Source: Candidatus Kaiserbacteria bacterium
Lineage (GTDB): Bacteria; Patescibacteriota; Minisyncoccia; Phycocordibacterales; UBA2100
Reading direction: 5' to 3'
DNA length: 64,000 nt
Assembly (NCBI GenBank): GCA_017134395.1
Contig: CP070993.1
Span: 320,210 to 384,209, forward strand
In this document: positions 61,988 to 64,000 of the stretch, piece by piece
Layout of the letters: the number at the start of each line of letters is the position of its first letter
Position numbering within the stretch: the first letter of the stretch is position 1
Program-made: the position numbers and the translations under genes
Notes under the pieces: model-generated
Database searches by the model: none
Seen by the model: only the letters and a program-made list of their open reading frames with translations
What the model was told of the DNA's origin: nothing

Positions 61988-62983
61988 CTACTGATCGCTA
62001 TGTGACTGCTTTGCAAATGCACGCATGTCGGGGTGGAGATCGCGCTCGTCTACAATTTCGGTGCGAATAATTTCTTCGAGCACGTCTTCGAGTGTAAGCA
62101 CGCCTGCCATACCACCAAATTCATCTCGTACGATACTCAAATGCTTTCGTGTTTTTAAGAACATTTGGAGTGCGTCATCAAGACTCGCATCTTCAAGAAT
62201 AAACCGCACTTCTCCTGAGGCAATGTCTCCTACACGCGCACCGAGATTATCTTTTCCTATCAACTGTGAGGTATACAGCATGCCAACAATAGAATCCATA
62301 TCTTCTTCGAACACTGGAAAGCGAGAAAGGCCTGATTCTCGTACTTCTTGCAATAGCTCTTCGTTTATCACGTCGTCTGCAGAAAATGCATGTACCACCG
62401 TACGTGGGGTCATAATGTCTTCCACTTTTTTGTCTGAAAATGTTAGTGCGCCTTTAATGATTCTCTCTTCATCTTCGTCTACTTCACTTTCGTGTGCGTC
62501 TTCGTGCTCTTCAATTATTTTCATCAATTCTTGCTTTGAATAGACGTTGGGTAGTTCGGCGCCAAGAACTTTGTTTAATGCCATTGCTATTGGTTTTGCC
62601 ACTGGGTACAGCACAAACATGAAAATCCGTACCAGCCACGCAAAGCGAGCACCTAAGTAGATGCCGTCTCGGTTGAATGCAGCTTGAGGTAATATCTCTC
62701 CAAACGCGACAATAAGTACTGTTGCCAGCACTACGGCGATAACACCAGTCGTAATAGACCCAAGGAAAATCGAAAGTACGGCGTTTACCAAAACGTTACC
62801 GATAAGGAGTGTAGTGAGTAGTAAGTTACCATCGTGACGTATCGGATAGAGCTCTGCTGCGTCGGTATCGCCACCGTCAGCTTTACGTTTGAGCTCTTGT
62901 GGGTCCCAACTCATGAGACCCAGAGTGAGACCTGAGAATAATGCTGAAAATGCGAGGAGGGCTATGATTATAAAATATTCCAT
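61988..62983 (-). CDS. CNNM/CorC/HlyC-family transporter-associated protein (DUF21 transmembrane domain + CBS pair)
   Basis: 331 aa. The N-terminal DUF21 helices begin MEYFIIIALLAFSALFSGLTLGLMSW. The CBS-pair region runs from VEDIMTPRTVV to LSIVRDEFGGMAGVLTLEDVLEEII. Confidence 0.8.
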   Translation of the reverse strand: MEYFIIIALLAFSALFSGLTLGLMSWDPQELKRKADGGDTDAAELYPIRHDGNLLLTTLLIGNVLVNAVLSIFLGSITTGVIAVVLATVLIVAFGEILPQAAFNRDGIYLGARFAWLVRIFMFVLYPVAKPIAMALNKVLGAELPNVYSKQELMKIIEEHEDAHESEVDEDEERIIKGALTFSDKKVEDIMTPRTVVHAFSADDVINEELLQEVRESGLSRFPVFEEDMDSIVGMLYTSQLIGKDNLGARVGDIASGEVRFILEDASLDDALQMFLKTRKHLSIVRDEFGGMAGVLTLEDVLEEIIRTEIVDERDLHPDMRAFAKQSHSDQ

Positions 62984-63018
62984 ATTTATTTAATTGTATC
63001 TATTCTTTCACTCTGTAG

Positions 63019-63582
63019 TTACTTTAATGCCCTATTAGGAATACTGCTGCATACCGTTTTACCTGAAGTGACCACCTCACCATCTTGTATGACATCTGTA
63101 TGAACGAAAGTTTGTCGCTTGTCTAATATAAGACCTTTATCTTCTTCTTCTTTTAGCTCTACATCGGTTGCCTTGCGTGAGACTACTCGTACTGGCACGC
63201 CTGTACGTACAAACCCTGGAAATTTAATATTTAGATGTTCATTGGTAATTGCTACCTGATTAGGCTTCCCTACACTCATTGCAAAGGCACCAGCACTTGA
63301 ATCAATCATAAAAGTTGAGATGCCACCATGTGATATGCCATGATGCCCTTCTTGGTCTCGAGCAGGTGTAAAAGTTATTTCAACTTTGCTTGGCTCGGTA
63401 TCTGTTGCAGGGAAATAGCGAAAATTGTCGACAGTAACACCTTCGTTTTTATACCGTTCTTTAGTGTGATTTATGTAATCTATAAGAGGAACTCTCTGGT
63501 CTTTTTCAGCAAGCTCCATCATCGTCATAGATTGACGAGGTCTTTCGGCGTCTTCTGTTGGTGTATTAGGTGTTTCTTTCAT
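63019..63582 (-). CDS. PaaI/YbgC-like hotdog-fold thioesterase
   Basis: The start was moved to the ATG at 63582 (MKETPNTP...), because the longer track ORF overlaps the tRNA. HGGISTFMIDSSAGAFAM matches the PaaI-family HGG...a.aD.a.g.a motif. Confidence 0.5.
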   Translation of the reverse strand: MKETPNTPTEDAERPRQSMTMMELAEKDQRVPLIDYINHTKERYKNEGVTVDNFRYFPATDTEPSKVEITFTPARDQEGHHGISHGGISTFMIDSSAGAFAMSVGKPNQVAITNEHLNIKFPGFVRTGVPVRVVSRKATDVELKEEEDKGLILDKRQTFVHTDVIQDGEVVTSGKTVCSSIPNRALK

Positions 63583-63660
63583 TGTTATATATAGAATAGG
63601 CGCTGATAAGCGCTCTGTAAGTAATAGTAGCCTAGTGTAGGGTTGAATGGAAGGGATTTG

Positions 63661-63734
63661 TGCGACTGCCAGGACTCGAACCTGGGACCTCGTCATTATC
63701 AGTGACGCGCTCTAACCACCTGAGCTACAGTCGC
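63661..63734 (-). tRNA. tRNA-Ile (anticodon GAU)
   Basis: The minus-strand sequence GCGACTGTAGCTCAGGTGGTTAGAGCGCGTCACTGATAATGACGAGGTCCCAGGTTCGAGTCCTGGCAGTCGCA folds as a canonical cloverleaf. It has a 7-bp acceptor stem, a D-loop AGCTCAGGTGGTTAGAGC, an anticodon stem CGTCA/TGACG with loop CTGATAA (anticodon GAT), and a T-arm GGTTCGAGTCC. CCA is not encoded. Confidence 0.85.
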
Positions 63735-63756
63735 ATATTACTTCACAACCTATCAG

Positions 63757-63808
63757 GACTCGTCACTAACCTGCCTGATACAGTCGCATATTGCTTCACA
63801 ACCTGCCT
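63757..63808 (-). repeat. degenerate, internally deleted tandem copy of the tRNA-Ile 5' half plus its 5' flank
   Basis: caggactcg...acagtcgcatattgcttcacaacct duplicates caggactcg...acagtcgcatattacttcacaacct from 63671..63757, with a ~35-nt internal deletion. Confidence 0.5.
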
Positions 63809-63955
63809 TACATGGTTGCAATGGGAGCTACTATACCGAAAATATGGCTTGGTGTAAATGAAAATTGAACAGACAAAAGTGTGTAAATACAGTTGACATG
63901 CCCTATTACCCAAGGTACTTTTGCTATAGAAACTTGGATTGGAAAGGAATCTCAC

Positions 63956-64000
63956 ATGAGTGAACAACCACCATTTGATATGTTGGCCAATGACTTTTGG
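63956..64000 (+). CDS. 5' end of an unidentified gene running off the window edge
   Basis: An ATG at 63956 is preceded by aaaggaa about 9 nt upstream. It is open to the window end (MSEQPPFDMLANDFW...). Confidence 0.25.
   Translation, partial: MSEQPPFDMLANDFW

Noticed and set aside
63583-63696. Upstream extension of the thioesterase ORF to 63696
   Set aside because: It would overlap the tRNA-Ile gene (63661..63734) by 36 nt, so the internal ATG at 63582 was preferred.
63743-63967. 74-aa minus-strand ORF downstream of the tRNA
   Set aside because: It overlaps the degenerate tRNA duplicate and the start of a plus-strand gene with a good RBS. No motifs were found.

Overview
This 64-kb chromosomal segment is about 95% coding and has fairly low GC. 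The combination of a prepilin-type pilin, split transketolase, a ComEA-like protein, and a T4SS-coupling-ATPase-like protein suggests, as an inference, a small-genome Patescibacteria/CPR-like bacterium.

Contents from left to right:
1. **1..6167:** a compact glycolysis/pentose-phosphate block: partial class II FBA, a pfkB kinase, a type IV pilin-like gene, a split transketolase, rpe, rpiB and gap.
2. **6200..7091:** an HuH/Y1 transposase (RAYT-like) closely flanked by REP-like hairpin palindromes.
3. **7132..25044, minus strand:** a single 17.9-kb ORF encoding a 5970-aa protein. It has an excisionase-type HTH-like N-terminus, one TM helix, and a very long ectodomain built from about 48 'GNVGIGTTxPxxKL' fibre-like repeats, phage tail-fibre-like modules, a C1q/TNF-like jelly-roll, a peptidase-S74-like intramolecular-chaperone motif, an Ig-like domain and an acidic tail.
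4. **25045..26904:** an 807-bp regulatory intergenic region with palindromes and direct repeats, followed upstream by a 350-aa 'stub' paralog. The paralog carries two copies of the same HTH-like module and a C-terminal TM anchor.
5. **26974..33516:** housekeeping genes gatB, obg and secA, plus small genes (TrpR/YerC-like, YvlD holin-like, FMN reductase).
6. **33658..51754:** a Wzy_C+TPR (O-antigen-ligase/PglL-like) membrane protein, then a roughly 16-kb glycan-biosynthesis island. The island has gmd, an fcl-like gene and a DegT-family enzyme whose PLP lysine is replaced by His-His (ColD-like, pointing to GDP-colitose). It also has a Wzx flippase, several GT2/GT4 glycosyltransferases, a GT11 alpha-1,2-fucosyl/colitosyl-transferase, and FkbM and other methyltransferases.
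7. **51757..55570:** a ComEA-HhH/PKD/lamin-tail fusion protein, a second RAYT-like transposase with its own repeat motif, and a VirD4/TraG-like P-loop ATPase.
8. **55896..63582:** mostly housekeeping (rsmI, a MurC/Mpl-family ligase, YfiH/PgeF-like, a CNNM/CorC transporter, a PaaI thioesterase) together with a putative glycoside hydrolase and a possible Bpt/Ate-like transferase.
9. **63661..63808:** tRNA-Ile(GAT) on the minus strand with an adjacent degenerate partial tandem copy.

The most interesting region is the giant-protein locus: the giant protein, its stub paralog, the shared HTH-like module, the hairpin palindromes and the near-identical intragenic repeats. The REP/RAYT pairs and the putative colitose glycan island follow.

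All functional calls come from by-eye motif recognition in the translated ORFs. No database searches were run.
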